A DNA stretch of 64,000 nucleotides from Gemmatimonadaceae bacterium (GTDB lineage Bacteria; Gemmatimonadota; Gemmatimonadetes; Gemmatimonadales; Gemmatimonadaceae), in contig JBGAJQ010000011.1 in the NCBI GenBank assembly GCA_044224875.1, forward strand, positions 44,089 to 108,088, written 5' to 3'. Positions within the stretch are counted from its first letter, which is position 1, and each line of letters begins with the position of its first letter. The notes beneath the pieces were generated by a model. The model did not search any database, was not told the DNA's origin, and saw only the letters and a program-made list of their open reading frames with translations. Positions 49,702-60,595 of this stretch are shown here, one piece after another. Made by a program: the position numbers and the translations under genes.

Positions 49702-50259
49702 TCAGCCTGACTTGGGCACGAGGTACCGCAGCTCGGCGAATCCCTGGCCCATGGCGCGCGCCGAGGCCAATTGGAGTGGCGGATTGGTGATCGCACGTGG
49801 CAGCAGCGGCTTTCCCGAGCCCAGCGTGACCGACGCGACCTGCGCGATGATCTCGTCCAACAACCCCTGGTCGTGGAACTGCCCGGCGAGCTCGCCTCCG
49901 CCAACGATCCAGATGTTCTTTCCGCCAGCTGCACGCAGCATCTCGGCGTGGATCGGTCGAACGTCTCCTCGGACAAACTGGATCTTCGCACCCTCCACCG
50001 ATGGCAGCACGCGGGTCGTGAACACCCACGTCGGTTGATGGTACGGCCAGGGCGTTGGAGTCGGAGCTTGAGGACCGACGAGGTGCCGGAACATCCACTC
50101 GTAGGTCGCCGAGCCCATGGCCAAGGCGCCTACTTCCGCGATGAACGCCGGGAACCCCGTCTCCTCCAGCGCACCCAGCGGAAAGAGCCAGTCGAGCGAA
50201 TCGTCGACGGTGGCGATGAAGCCGTCCAGACTCGTTGCCGCGTAATACTGCGTCTTCAC
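49702..50259 (-). CDS. Dihydrofolate reductase/RibD C-terminal family protein
   Basis: YYAATSLDGFIA, MGSATYEW, IWIVGGGELA and LGSGKPL. Confidence 0.88.
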   Translation of the reverse strand: MKTQYYAATSLDGFIATVDDSLDWLFPLGALEETGFPAFIAEVGALAMGSATYEWMFRHLVGPQAPTPTPWPYHQPTWVFTTRVLPSVEGAKIQFVRGDVRPIHAEMLRAAGGKNIWIVGGGELAGQFHDQGLLDEIIAQVASVTLGSGKPLLPRAITNPPLQLASARAMGQGFAELRYLVPKSG

Positions 50260-50359
50260 GTTGCACTCCGTTTGAATGGCTGCTCGACTTCGAACACCGT
50301 GCCACGGCACTGCTCGGAAACCGCGGCCGCGAGGTTCGCGCCGTAAACCACCTGGGACG

Positions 50360-50794
50360 TCACGGCAAGTCGTAGGTGAACTCCACATACTGATCGCCGT
50401 CCCGTTGCGCTCCGGTCGCACGCCAAAGCTCGCATGCTGCGATGTTCGTGAGGCTGCTGCCAACCCAGATACTGCTCACGCCCATTCCGCGGCATACCGC
50501 CAACAACTCATTCACCAACCGCGTGGCGATGCCCTGTCGCCGATGCGCGATCTCGACCTCGATGTCATAGAGGTAGACCAGTCGCTCCCCACTGAGACTC
50601 GGAAAACTGTACGCAACAAGATAGCCGAGCGGGTTGCCCCGTATGTGCGCCGCCACGACAATGCTCCGAGGATCCGATAGAAGCTCCGCCAGGCGGTCTG
50701 CGCTCACCTCCGGCTCGCCCGCCATCTCTCGGACGATTCGTGTTGCCAAGACCAGGTCGTCCACGACAAGACGTTGCACCGCGGGTTCAATCAT
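50360..50794 (-). CDS. GNAT family N-acetyltransferase
   Basis: YLYDIEV..AHRRQGIA motif A. Start uncertain. Confidence 0.8.
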   Translation of the reverse strand: MIEPAVQRLVVDDLVLATRIVREMAGEPEVSADRLAELLSDPRSIVVAAHIRGNPLGYLVAYSFPSLSGERLVYLYDIEVEIAHRRQGIATRLVNELLAVCRGMGVSSIWVGSSLTNIAACELWRATGAQRDGDQYVEFTYDLP

Positions 50795-50971
50795 GGGGTC
50801 TACCGTTTGGCGGGTTGCGTCGAAACCGATCAATCAACGTCGTGCCGGAGCCGAGCACGGCGCAAGCGGAGATCCATACCCGGAGTCCCATTGTGGCGCA
50901 CCACGCGTTCCCGCGGCGGGATGCGGCCGTGCATCGAATTCACTATTGCGCGGCGAGTGCCGTCACTGTAC

Positions 50972-50991
50972 ACTGAACCTTATGGTTCAGT
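50972..50991. promoter_or_regulatory. Perfect 8-bp palindromic operator overlapping the ArsR start codon
   Basis: ACTGAACC-TTAT-GGTTCAGT. Confidence 0.75.
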
Positions 50992-51347
50992 ATCAACCAA
51001 CCCACCTGGATGCCGCCTTCGCCGCGCTCTCCGACGCCACACGTCGTGGCATTCTGGAGCGTCTCGGACGAGCAGATGCTTCGATAACAGAACTCGCCGG
51101 GAAGTTTCAGATGAGCCTCACCGGCATGAAGAAGCATATCGGCGTGTTGGAGCAGACGGGGTTTGTCACCACAGAAAAAACGGGCCGAGTGCGGACCTGC
51201 AAGCTCGGCCCTCGCCGACTGGAAGAGGAGGCCGCGTGGATCGAACGCTACCGCCAGCTGTGGCACGCCCGCTTTTACGAGTTGGACAAGATTGTTGAGG
51301 AACTGAAACGGAAGAAGAGAGTCGACGCATCCAAAAGGCCACGGTGA
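50982..51347 (+). CDS. ArsR/SmtB family transcriptional regulator
   Basis: MVQY..LDAAFAALSDATRR, MSLTGMKKH..VLE and GRVRTC. Confidence 0.9.
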   Translation: MVQYQPTHLDAAFAALSDATRRGILERLGRADASITELAGKFQMSLTGMKKHIGVLEQTGFVTTEKTGRVRTCKLGPRRLEEEAAWIERYRQLWHARFYELDKIVEELKRKKRVDASKRPR

Positions 51348-51357
51348 GACCAATCGC

Positions 51358-51837
51358 ATGAGCAACCCCACGTCGGTAGAACGAAAGTCTGAGCGCGAGC
51401 TCGTTATCACGCGAACCTTCGACGGCCCTGCGCACCTGGTCTTCGAGGCTTGGACCACACCGGTGTTGATCAAGCGCTGGTGGACGCCAAAGTCCTTTGG
51501 GATGTCGTTCCTCTCGTGCGAGGCCGATGTTCGTACGGGGGGCACGTACCGCTTCGTGTTCAGTCACCCTGCCTTCGAGCAACCGATGGCATTCTTCGGC
51601 AAGTACATCGAGGTGACGCCCAACTCGCGCATCGTCTGGACGAATGAGGAGAGCGCCGATGGTGCCGTCTCCACCCTGACCTTCGAGGAGACAGGCGGCA
51701 AGACGCTCCTGGTCCTGCACGAACTCTACCCGTCCAAACAAGCGCTCGATGACGCTATGTCGTCTGGGAGCCCAGGCGCGGCCGGCGAACAATTCGAGGA
51801 GTTGGACGAAGTCCTTGCCACCTTGATGCGATCATGA
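51358..51837 (+). CDS. SRPBCC/AHSA1 family protein
   Basis: [19 protein letters not shown] and DVRTGG.YR. Confidence 0.9.
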   Translation: MSNPTSVERKSERELVITRTFDGPAHLVFEAWTTPVLIKRWWTPKSFGMSFLSCEADVRTGGTYRFVFSHPAFEQPMAFFGKYIEVTPNSRIVWTNEESADGAVSTLTFEETGGKTLLVLHELYPSKQALDDAMSSGSPGAAGEQFEELDEVLATLMRS

Positions 51838-51898
51838 GCACGACGCGGCACGTGTATGCGTCTGCCTCACGATCGTATGTTACGGACGGGAGTGTCTG

Positions 51899-52747
51899 AT
51901 GATGCGAACAATTGCCTTCCTCCTTATGACCATTGCGAGCACTGGACTATCGGCACAGCAGCGTGCAACGACGGGCTACGCGCCAATCAACGGACTCAAG
52001 ATGTACTACGAAGTCCACGGCAGCGGAGAGCCGGTGGTGTTGCTTCACGGCGCGTTCATGACGATCACGAGCAACTGGGACGGGTGGATCGATGAACTCT
52101 CCAAGACACGGAAAGTCATTGCGGTCGAAATGCAGGGGCACGGGCGAACGGCGGATATTCCGCGAGAACTCAGCAGTGACAACCTCGCCGATGACGTAGC
52201 CGCGCTGTTGACCTATCTCGAGATTGCGCGAGCGGACCTCATTGGATACAGCATGGGCGGCGGCGTCGCGATGCGAGTTGCGGTGCGTCACCCGGACCGC
52301 GTCCGAAGGGTAGTCATCATCTCGTCCACCTTCCGCCGTGACGGCATGACGGAAGAAGGCCGCGACGCTATCTCGAAACTCACGGCGGAAGTCTTCCAGG
52401 GTTCGCCCATAGAAACCGAGTACAGGCGACTGAGCCCCACGCCGGATCAGTTTTCGAAGTTCATCGAGCGCATGGTGGCGAGCAATTCCAAGGGAAGTGA
52501 CCTGACTGCCGATCAGCTGAGGTCAACCACCGCCCCGATGTTCTTCGTTCATGGTGATGCTGACGGCATTCGTCTCGAACACGTCGCGGAAATGTTTCGC
52601 CTGAAGGGTGGCGAGGTTCACGGCGACCTTCGCTCTCGCTCTGCATCGCGACTTGCCATCTTGCCCAACACGACCCACGTGACCCTCATGCAGCGCACGG
52701 CCATCATCGTCCCGATGGTGAACGATTTTCTTGACGCGAAGTCGTAG
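51899..52747 (+). CDS. Secreted alpha/beta hydrolase
   Basis: Signal peptide, LLHGAF, QGHGRT, GYSMGG and LAILP.TTH. Confidence 0.9.
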   Translation: MMRTIAFLLMTIASTGLSAQQRATTGYAPINGLKMYYEVHGSGEPVVLLHGAFMTITSNWDGWIDELSKTRKVIAVEMQGHGRTADIPRELSSDNLADDVAALLTYLEIARADLIGYSMGGGVAMRVAVRHPDRVRRVVIISSTFRRDGMTEEGRDAISKLTAEVFQGSPIETEYRRLSPTPDQFSKFIERMVASNSKGSDLTADQLRSTTAPMFFVHGDADGIRLEHVAEMFRLKGGEVHGDLRSRSASRLAILPNTTHVTLMQRTAIIVPMVNDFLDAKS

Positions 52748-52892
52748 CGCTGGCGTAGCCGAGCATCATGGCGATGCTGCTGATGGTTGCGCAGAGGGCA
52801 CCGACGAGCGTGGCGCCGGGGTGGATGGAGCCACCGAAACCCACCCATCAGGCCGTCGTACGGATCTCGCAAGCCTTCCGACGGAGCATCCC

Positions 52893-53270
52893 GTGACACA
52901 GAAGAACCTCCTGAGTGGAACCTCGTTGACCTCGGTCCTGCTGCTCGCGCTGCACATCTCGCAGGACATCGTGTTTGGCCTGGACCGCGCCGGGCTGAAT
53001 CATCTTGTTGGCGTGGCAATCCTGCTCGTCATTGTCTGTGGCGCCGTGCTGCTGCGAGACCGAACCTGGGGTACCGTGATCATGCTCCTCGGAGGCGTGA
53101 TGGCCGCCGGGATGCTCCCCCTGCATATGCGGAATGGACTGCGTCCGGAGTTCCTGGAGCAAAGCGGGGCGCTGCTATTCATCTGGACGCTCTATGTGCT
53201 TGGCGTGACCGGCGCCTTCAGCATCATTCTGGCCGTGCAACGGTTGGCCAGTCGGCGCGCCGCTGCGTGA
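52893..53270 (+). CDS. Small 4-TM membrane protein
   Basis: GGAG before GTG; HxxxD and H residues in TM segments. Confidence 0.65.
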   Translation: MTQKNLLSGTSLTSVLLLALHISQDIVFGLDRAGLNHLVGVAILLVIVCGAVLLRDRTWGTVIMLLGGVMAAGMLPLHMRNGLRPEFLEQSGALLFIWTLYVLGVTGAFSIILAVQRLASRRAAA

Positions 53271-53539
53271 CATGACGGCTCGGCGTTGCGGGACGCGGGT
53301 CGTTCGAAAGGCGGCAGTGTTCACTGCGAGGTGGCTGGTATTGCGGGGCCCGGTGCGCGTGCACGGCATTCCGAATCCGTCGACCCCCCGCGAAACGCAG
53401 CAGCACGCGATAGGGCGCTGCTTGAGAGAGCATTGCGGGCGGTGCAATTCGTACATACGATGCATGCTGATAGCTCAGCACGCACGGCACGCCACGACGG
53501 TGAGCCTGCACTCGGCAGTGGCCTTAATCCCTTCACGCC

Positions 53540-54007
53540 ATGGCCATCTTCAAGCTCAGGATCAACGGCAAGACCCAACAGGTGGATGTGGCGCCTGAAA
53601 CACCCGTGCTGTGGGTGCTGCGGGATCACATGAAACTCGTCGGCACGAAGTACGCTTGCGGCATTGCCCAGTGCGGTGCCTGCACCATTCATCTTGGCAA
53701 CGCGGCCGTTCGCTCGTGCTCGATCCCGGTATCGGCTGTTGGAGATCAGGCGATCACGACCATCGAGGGCTTGTCCGACGACGGCACTCACCCCGTGCAG
53801 AAGGCCTGGCTCGAGCAAGACGTGGCCCAGTGTGGCTACTGCCAGGCTGGCCAGATCATGAGTGCAGCCGCATTGCTCAAGCAGAACCCGCAGCCGAGTG
53901 ACGCCGATATCGAGGCTGCGATGAGCGGCAACATCTGTCGCTGCGCCACGTACGTGCGCATCCGAACCGCGATCAGGGCGGCAGCACTTCAGCCATCACG
54001 GACATGA
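53540..54007 (+). CDS. (2Fe-2S)-binding subunit, isoquinoline 1-oxidoreductase alpha-like
   Basis: [21 protein letters not shown] and NICRC. Confidence 0.93.
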   Translation: MAIFKLRINGKTQQVDVAPETPVLWVLRDHMKLVGTKYACGIAQCGACTIHLGNAAVRSCSIPVSAVGDQAITTIEGLSDDGTHPVQKAWLEQDVAQCGYCQAGQIMSAAALLKQNPQPSDADIEAAMSGNICRCATYVRIRTAIRAAALQPSRT

Positions 54008-56265
54008 CTATCGTCAGCTCCCCCTACAGCCGACGTTCCTTCATCAAGACCAGCGCCCTGGCCGGCGGTGGCTTGATGCTCAGCTTCAGCTGGCTCGCCG
54101 GCTGCACGCCATCCGACGAGGAGCTGTTGACCCTGCCGAAAGAATGGTTCGACTTCAACAGCTACCTCAAGATCGGCGAGAACGGCGTCGTCACCATCAT
54201 GTCGCCGAACCCGGAGTTCGGGCAGAACGTGATGACGTCCATGCCGATGGTTGTGGCTGACGAACTCGACGTCGAGTGGAAGGACGTGATAGTTGAGCAG
54301 ACGCCGCACGATCCCGCGAAATTTCCCGACGCCATGTTGGGGCAGTTCACCGGCGGAAGCCGCGGCGTCGCCAGCAAGTGGAAGGCGTTGCGCACGGCGG
54401 GAGCGTCGGCGCGTCAGATGCTGCGCCAGGCGGCCGCACAACAGTGGAACGTCCCCGTGGACGAGATCACGACACGCGCCGGCACGCTGCGGCACGCCGC
54501 GAGCAAAAAGTCGGCGTCCTACGGCGAGATGGCGTCCGCGGCCGCCAAGCTCCCGGTGCCAAAGGAAGTGAAGTTCAAGGAGGTGAAGGACTTCGGGATC
54601 ATCGGCACATCGCGCAAGAACGTGGAAGGAAAGAAGATCGTCACTGGGAAGCCGCTGTTCGGAATGGACTATCAAGTGGACGGCATGCTTATCGCCATGA
54701 TCGTGCATCCGCCCGCGTTCGGCATGCGACTGAAGTCCGTGGACTACGCCGCGGTCAAGACGATGCCCGGCATCACGGATGTCTTTCCCATCGAGACACT
54801 GCCTAACGCGCAAGAGCGCGGGCCCTTCGACGTGAACGCGTTCCCGCAGCTGCTGGCCGTGGTTGGGCGCAGCACCTGGGAGGTCATGCAGGCCAAGAAA
54901 GCCCTTCGTGCCGAATGGGAGCCTGCGCCCACCGCCTCGTTCGTCGTCGCCGGATTCGGGAACAAGTCGAGCGTCAATGTTCCGGCCGGTTTGGAGGACA
55001 CCTCGTCACACCAGTCGACCATGGAGGCCGCGGCGGCCAAGCCCGGACGCGTCGTGCGAAAGGACGGCGATCCTGCCGGCGCCTTCAAACGTGCGGCAAA
55101 GGTCATCGAGCGCAGCTACTCGGCGCCCCACCTGGCGCACAACTGCATGGAGCCGATGAACTTCTTCGCCCACGTGACCGCTGACCGCGTGAAGGTCGCC
55201 GGCCCGTTGCAGGCGCCGGGGTTCATCGAGCCAACCTTGTCCGCACGCCTTGGAGTCCCCGCGGACAAGATCGACATCGAGATGACGCGTATGGGCGGCG
55301 GCTTCGGCCGGCGCGCTTACTCGCACTATGTGATCGAAGCCGCGCTCATCTCGCAGAAGGTGAACGCGCCGGTGAAGCTGATCTACACGCGTGAAGATGA
55401 CATGAGCACGGGCATCTACCGGCCATCGTATCATGCGACGTATCGTGCGGCGCTCGACGCGAACAACAACCTGATTGCGCTGCACGTGAAGGCCGGTGGT
55501 GTGCCCGAGAGCCCGCTCTTCGCCAATCGATTCCCGGCGGGGGCCGTCGACAACTATCTGGCCGAAGACTGGTCGATCCCCTCGAGCATTACAGTCGGTG
55601 CATTTCGGGCGCCCCGATCGAACTTCATCGCCGGCGCCGAACAGTCGTTTCTGGACGAAGTGGCGGAAGCGGCGGGTAAGGACCCCATCGAGTTCCGACT
55701 CGAGTTGCTCCGCCGGGCCAAGGCCAACCCCGTCGGCTCAAACAACGAGTACGACATCGACCGTTACAGTGGCGTGCTCGAACTGGTACGTGAAAAGTCA
55801 GGCTGGGCGAACCCACCCGCGGGCACGAGTCGCGGCGTCGCCGCGTACTTCTGCCACGCCAGCTATGCGGCGCACGTACTGGACCTCACCATCGAGAACG
55901 GTAAGCTCGTCGTGCAGAAGGTCACCTCGGCGATCGACTGCGGAGTCGTCGTGAATGCGGACGCTGCCACCAACATGGTCCAGGGCGCCGTGATCGATGG
56001 CATTGGCAATGCGCTCTTTGGTGCCATGACGTTCAGGAACGGTGTGCCCGAGAAAACCAATTTCAACACGTATCGCATGATCCGGATGAGCGAGGCGCCG
56101 AAGGCGATCGACGTCCATTTCGTGAAGAGCGAGGTTGACCCGACGGGACTCGGCGAGCCGCCATTTCCGCCGATCTTTGGCGCGCTAGCCAATGCGCTCT
56201 ACAAGGCCACCGGGAAGCGGGCGTACAAGCAGCCGTTCGTCGGAGAGACGCCGCTATTGGGATAG
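54004..56265 (+). CDS. Molybdopterin-binding subunit, isoquinoline 1-oxidoreductase beta-like (Tat)
   Basis: SRRSFIK, E.GQ, GGGFGRR, FRAP and GLGEP. Confidence 0.92.
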   Translation: MTIVSSPYSRRSFIKTSALAGGGLMLSFSWLAGCTPSDEELLTLPKEWFDFNSYLKIGENGVVTIMSPNPEFGQNVMTSMPMVVADELDVEWKDVIVEQTPHDPAKFPDAMLGQFTGGSRGVASKWKALRTAGASARQMLRQAAAQQWNVPVDEITTRAGTLRHAASKKSASYGEMASAAAKLPVPKEVKFKEVKDFGIIGTSRKNVEGKKIVTGKPLFGMDYQVDGMLIAMIVHPPAFGMRLKSVDYAAVKTMPGITDVFPIETLPNAQERGPFDVNAFPQLLAVVGRSTWEVMQAKKALRAEWEPAPTASFVVAGFGNKSSVNVPAGLEDTSSHQSTMEAAAAKPGRVVRKDGDPAGAFKRAAKVIERSYSAPHLAHNCMEPMNFFAHVTADRVKVAGPLQAPGFIEPTLSARLGVPADKIDIEMTRMGGGFGRRAYSHYVIEAALISQKVNAPVKLIYTREDDMSTGIYRPSYHATYRAALDANNNLIALHVKAGGVPESPLFANRFPAGAVDNYLAEDWSIPSSITVGAFRAPRSNFIAGAEQSFLDEVAEAAGKDPIEFRLELLRRAKANPVGSNNEYDIDRYSGVLELVREKSGWANPPAGTSRGVAAYFCHASYAAHVLDLTIENGKLVVQKVTSAIDCGVVVNADAATNMVQGAVIDGIGNALFGAMTFRNGVPEKTNFNTYRMIRMSEAPKAIDVHFVKSEVDPTGLGEPPFPPIFGALANALYKATGKRAYKQPFVGETPLLG

Positions 56266-56278
56266 GGTTCCATTTCGA

Positions 56279-57535
56279 TCACGGCGCCGCCCGACTTCTC
56301 CGGCGTCGCTCGCGCCACGCAAGTGCGAAACTGAGGAGGACGATTCCGAAGGCGCCCGCGAAGAGCGCCGGCATCGCCGCGCGAACTTCTGTGGGAATGG
56401 TGAGTACGTCCGGTAAGCCGGTTTGCCAGAATACCCACTCGGCGCCGAGTTGCGACGCAAGTGACTTGCTCCCCGTGGCCAGGACAATGATCGCGTCCCC
56501 CGTGTTCGGATTGATGCGAACCGCGGCGCTGATCGCCGGGTCGTTGATGCCGTCATGACCAAAGACGAAGCCGCCATGCCGTGCCGGGGCGTACAGGACG
56601 GTGCCTAACCCCCAAAGGTCGACACCCATCGACCTCGCCTGAACAGTGCGCATGGACTCGAGGGTCGTCCGGGCGAGCGTGCGGCCCGCCATGGGTTGCA
56701 GCTGTGCATTCACCCAGGTGACCATGTCGCCCGCGGACGTAGTGAACCCCGTTGCAGCTCTCGACGCGTACTTCACCACCGGGACCGGTCGACCGGACCC
56801 ATCGTACGACTTCGCCGAGTTTGTTATTGTCGCCAGGTCAAAGTAGCCAGAGCGCGACATGCCGAGCGGCTGGAGAAGCTCTCGGGTGACGAATGCCTCG
56901 AAGGGTTCCCCAGAGACTTCCTCGACCAGCAGTTCGAGTATGAGGTAGCCACCACCAGAATACCGGAACTCGGTGCCGGGCTCGATCCCTACTGCGACGG
57001 GTGGCTCGGGCTGGCCGGTGGATGCGCGAGGAGCGGCCAATTCCTCCTCCAATTTCGGCAGCGGCTCATCGCGTCGGTAATCGCCAAAGCCCAGCCCGTC
57101 GGTGAGCCCCGCCGTGTGACTCAGGAGTCGCCGCACCGTGACGTCGCGCGAATTGAACGCGCCTGCCGGAAGGTGCCACCTCGTGAGGTAGCTCTCGACG
57201 GGCTGATCGAGGTCGAGCTTGCCCTGTTCGACCAGCTTCAACACGGCATGTGCGGTGATCCACTTGCTCAGGGACGCCGTGGCGAAGACGGTGTTCCGGT
57301 CGATCGTGTCCGCCGTCGCGGAGTAGTACTCGGCCCCGACTTCACCGCTGTCGATCAGGATCAGGGCGGTGTTGGCCTTATTGCCCGCCGTGATGAGCGG
57401 GACGGCCGCTTGCAGAAAGGCCCGCGGGTCGCCCGATGTGGTCAGCGGCCGCCGCCACCAGCCAAACAGGGTGCCGGTGAGAAGCAGAGTGGACCAGGCC
57501 ACGACCAGCAGCAGCGTCAGTGCCGCGCGCTTCAT
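56279..57535 (-). CDS. Membrane-anchored serine hydrolase (beta-lactamase-like)
   Basis: SLSK, LLSHTAG, YSGGGY and GHDG; C-terminal TM helix. Confidence 0.88.
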   Translation of the reverse strand: MKRAALTLLLVVAWSTLLLTGTLFGWWRRPLTTSGDPRAFLQAAVPLITAGNKANTALILIDSGEVGAEYYSATADTIDRNTVFATASLSKWITAHAVLKLVEQGKLDLDQPVESYLTRWHLPAGAFNSRDVTVRRLLSHTAGLTDGLGFGDYRRDEPLPKLEEELAAPRASTGQPEPPVAVGIEPGTEFRYSGGGYLILELLVEEVSGEPFEAFVTRELLQPLGMSRSGYFDLATITNSAKSYDGSGRPVPVVKYASRAATGFTTSAGDMVTWVNAQLQPMAGRTLARTTLESMRTVQARSMGVDLWGLGTVLYAPARHGGFVFGHDGINDPAISAAVRINPNTGDAIIVLATGSKSLASQLGAEWVFWQTGLPDVLTIPTEVRAAMPALFAGAFGIVLLSFALAWRERRRRSRAAP

Positions 57536-57590
57536 CGCGTCACCCTCGCACGGCCTGCATCCGTTTCGTCGTCGTGGTCGGCTCTGCGCC

Positions 57591-57664
57591 GCCTAACGTT
57601 GGACCTCACCGGCGCGGAGGCCGGTGCCGGCAGCCGCAAACGCGTCGCGTGCGAACGGTCAGGC
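57591..57664 (-). mobile_element. Degenerate attC-like site (74 bp)
   Basis: On the minus strand, GCCTGAC overlaps the RidA stop, followed by a CACCGGC/GCCGGTG hairpin and GGTGAGG-TCCAAC-GTTAGGC, an L'-spacer-R'-like arm. The left arm pairs poorly. Confidence 0.45.
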
Positions 57665-58039
57665 CTCCGCGATGGCGGCAATCGAGACCTTCAGACCTGG
57701 GATGCGAGCGGGCAGCTTGGCACCTTGCCGTGCTGGCGGGTTGGAGGGAAACCACTTGAGCCATTCTTCATTCATTCCACCGAAGTCATCTTCATCTGCG
57801 AGTACAACGGTTGCGCTGACGACCTTGTCTAGCGAACTACCAGCAGCCTCGAGGATGGCTTGGATGTTGGTAAGGCACTGCCTGGTTTGCTCTTGAATCG
57901 TGGTCCCCTTGAACGTGCCCGTAGCGGGGTCGGTTGGTGCAGTGCCCGAAACGAACACAAGGCCGGCGGCCCTAACGGCTTGGCTGTACGTCGCCGGTGG
58001 CTTCGCGGCCTTTGGTGTGAAGATGATCTGACGAGCCAT
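57659..58039 (-). CDS. RidA/YjgF family protein
   Basis: YSQAVRA..LVFVSG, EQTRQCL.N...IL and PPAR. Confidence 0.92.
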   Translation of the reverse strand: MARQIIFTPKAAKPPATYSQAVRAAGLVFVSGTAPTDPATGTFKGTTIQEQTRQCLTNIQAILEAAGSSLDKVVSATVVLADEDDFGGMNEEWLKWFPSNPPARQGAKLPARIPGLKVSIAAIAEA

Positions 58040-58135
58040 TGCCTGCTTGAAGTGATGTGAGTCGAACGATCGCTGCGCCCTGAGCGCCTAACGCCAGAGA
58101 CGGACTTCCGTCACGGAATATGGAGCGGCCGCGGT

Positions 58136-58171
58136 GCTGCCGCCAACCATAGTTGGGCGGTCGGCGGCAGC
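58136..58171. terminator. GC-rich hairpin after the DoxX chimera
   Basis: GCTGCCGCCAACC / GGTCGGCGGCAGC, 12 of 13 paired; the loop carries GTTGGGC. Confidence 0.45.
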
Positions 58172-58172
58172 G

Positions 58173-58688
58173 CTAGGGAATCAGCGCGCCGATTCCGGCT
58201 CCGATGACGCCGAATATCAAGGCGCCTGCCGCGCCCGCACCCACGATCTTCAGCCCGGAGTTCTTGTCCTGTTCCCCGTTCAACCCTTCGCCTGCCGCGG
58301 CCCCGATCAGGCCAACGGCGGCGCTCGGCCATAGCACGTGCCGGCCGTATGCGACAAATGTCATGACAAGACCCAACACTGCGCTCATTACGATGGGTGG
58401 AATCTCGCGGTACTTGATATGCACCCAAATGAACACGAGGGTCTCGCAGGCCAGGAGATACGCAGCAAGGACGGTCAGCTGCGGTTACCACGACAAGGCG
58501 GCGGGAAGGATGAGCCCAACGACGCATACGAGTTCGAGGATGCCCAGCGCGGCCCACGCCTGCCGTGGCAAGGCGCCGAACGAAGCAATGTCATGGCTGA
58601 TCTTGTCAAACATGAAGAGCTTCATGACGCCCGATGAGGCGAAGATCACAGCTGCAAGGATTTGCAGAACCCAGAGCAGGATGTTCAT
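58173..58688 (-). pseudogene. DoxX family gene with an in-frame TAA (58485-58487), fused at its 3' end to a glycine-zipper fragment
   Basis: MNILLWVLQILAA.IF..SGVMKL...W*PQLTVLAA...FVAYGR continues in frame, then runs into GLIGAAAG...GAGIGALIP. Confidence 0.75.
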
Positions 58689-58791
58689 GGCGGCCTCTCT
58701 TGATGACGATTCGGACTGACTAGTGTGGCACGACAGGCCGTTAGGCGTTCCAGTGGACCGTTAGGCAGCCACTCGTGCGAGCTGTAGTCCC

Positions 58792-59673
58792 TCACTTCGC
58801 GAACTCATAGGCAATTTCCTCAATGTGTCCGCGCCAGTATGGCTTCGCGCCGGTTGGGAGAAGCCACGCCACTTCGCCGTCGAGCGGTACCTGCATACGA
58901 TTCCGTTCGCTGTAGTTCCAAAACCGACCCTGCCACGGTGTTTGGACAACCTTCCCACCCACCATTCTGCTTCGGGCGTCCGCCCGCACGGCCTCGATCA
59001 ACCCCGCCTCGTTGAACGTGAAGACCATTGTCACGGCAATGCGCCCCTCGGTCAATGTGGCCCGGGCCGAGCGATCATCAACGGGCTCCCAACGCACGCC
59101 CTGGCTCGGCAGCAAGACAGTCGGGTACCACGCCGCCTCCGCGAGGAAACGCATCAATTCGCCGTTCGCCATGTCGTCGGTTCCTCGCACGTCGGCCAAG
59201 GAGAAGAGGCCGAGCAGCGAAGCGTGGAGGAGCCCCTCGCCCGCGACGTAGGCGTCATGCACGCGAACGGGAAGTCCGGGCATCATCTGGATGCGTCCGT
59301 CCCAGTCAAAGCCGGCCCGTTGTGCGACGACCTTCTGATTTGACGTGAATACCTTCCACTGGTCGGATACCTCGCCCGTGTTGAAGGTGCCGGAATGACG
59401 AATCTGGACCTCAGCCACCATGCGTTGGCCTTCCGTCAGGGCGGCACGAAAGAAGTGCTGAACTGGCGTGGGAAGACCTTCAAGTTCGCCAAAGCTGACG
59501 GTCGATGGCCGCACAGGAGCGCGCGCCGCATCCAGTCGAGCCCGCAGTCCCTGTGTCTCCGCGTTCCAGCGGCGTGCTCCCAGAACGAGTGCGGCCGCGA
59601 AGCCAGCGATCAATATGGCCAGTGAAACGAAGGCGACGTTCAGCATCTTTCCTGCCCGCCAAAACAGGTTCAT
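58792..59673 (-). CDS. DUF6544/DUF6920-like membrane-anchored protein
   Basis: LPTPVQ.FFR, GF.WD.RI, GELMRFLAEAAWYPT.LLP, WEPVDD.SARAT and P..GEVAW. Confidence 0.8.
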   Translation of the reverse strand: MNLFWRAGKMLNVAFVSLAILIAGFAAALVLGARRWNAETQGLRARLDAARAPVRPSTVSFGELEGLPTPVQHFFRAALTEGQRMVAEVQIRHSGTFNTGEVSDQWKVFTSNQKVVAQRAGFDWDGRIQMMPGLPVRVHDAYVAGEGLLHASLLGLFSLADVRGTDDMANGELMRFLAEAAWYPTVLLPSQGVRWEPVDDRSARATLTEGRIAVTMVFTFNEAGLIEAVRADARSRMVGGKVVQTPWQGRFWNYSERNRMQVPLDGEVAWLLPTGAKPYWRGHIEEIAYEFAK

Positions 59674-59725
59674 GCAGTTTCGTGTGCCAAGCTTACAAGA
59701 GAATATGACTGGGCTGGCCCGCGAG

Positions 59726-60371
59726 TCATGGACGTTTCGTCAGCACGACATGAGTTGCGGCGGCGGTCGGGACAAACGCCGTGCACGCATAGCCCAAGGC
59801 CGTGAGATCGAGGCCGAACATGAGATGCTCGCCGGAGCCTAGCAGCCTGGGTGCGATCGCGACGTGTAGCTCGTCGATGAGTCTTGCCTCGAAGGTGCCG
59901 GACCGTCGACACGCCACCACTGATCTGCACGTCCTTGCCCTCTGCGGCCGCCACCGCGCTCTCCATTGCCTCGCGAATTCCCTTCGTAACGAAGTGGTAG
60001 ACCGTACCACCTTCCATCTCGACCGACGGGCGGGCATGATGCGTCAGCACGAAGACTGGGCCATGGTACGGGGGGTTCTTTCCCCACCAGCCGCGCCACG
60101 TGTCATCGGGCCAGCCGCCGCGAATTGGGCCGAACATGTTGCGGCCCATGATCCACGCGCCGACGCCATCGCCAAATCGCCCAGCGAACTCGTCATCGAC
60201 ACCCGTGGTGCCGCCGCTCTTACCGCCCATGCGCTGGAACGTGCGCGTCGGGAAGAGCCACTCGTGCAACGCCTCCCCACCGACGCCGAGGGGCTCCTCG
60301 CGAGCCTGGCGCGGGCCGGCTCCGTAGCCGTCGATCGAGATCGAGAAGTTGTGCACGCGTACGCGAGCCAT
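59726..60371 (-). pseudogene. DHFR/RibD_C family gene with a frameshift near 59895
   Basis: SISIDGYGAG...MGRNMFGP...GGVSTVR in one frame, continuing as EARLIDELHVAIAPRLLGSGE in another. Could be a sequencing error. Confidence 0.8.
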
Positions 60372-60595
60372 TTGTTCCTCTCAGGCTAGAATGTGGTCCG
60401 CCAAAGCAACCATCCGCACTTTGACCCGCAGCGACGGGCTCGTGCAGTCCTCTGGTGGCAGCGGGATGCCAAGGCCGAGCACCACGACCACCACCCGATA
60501 CCCGCCTTCCAGATCGCCGTCAGGTCGGCAAACACCAGGAGGCCATCGCGCGGCGCAACGGCCACCTAACCGTGGCTCATTGCCTGCCGATGGTC

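Noticed and set aside
6927..57576. Similar 16-17-mers TCCGTTTCGTCG(A)TCGT upstream of both serine hydrolases
   Set aside because: They are in opposite orientation relative to the two genes and there are only two copies; probably chance.
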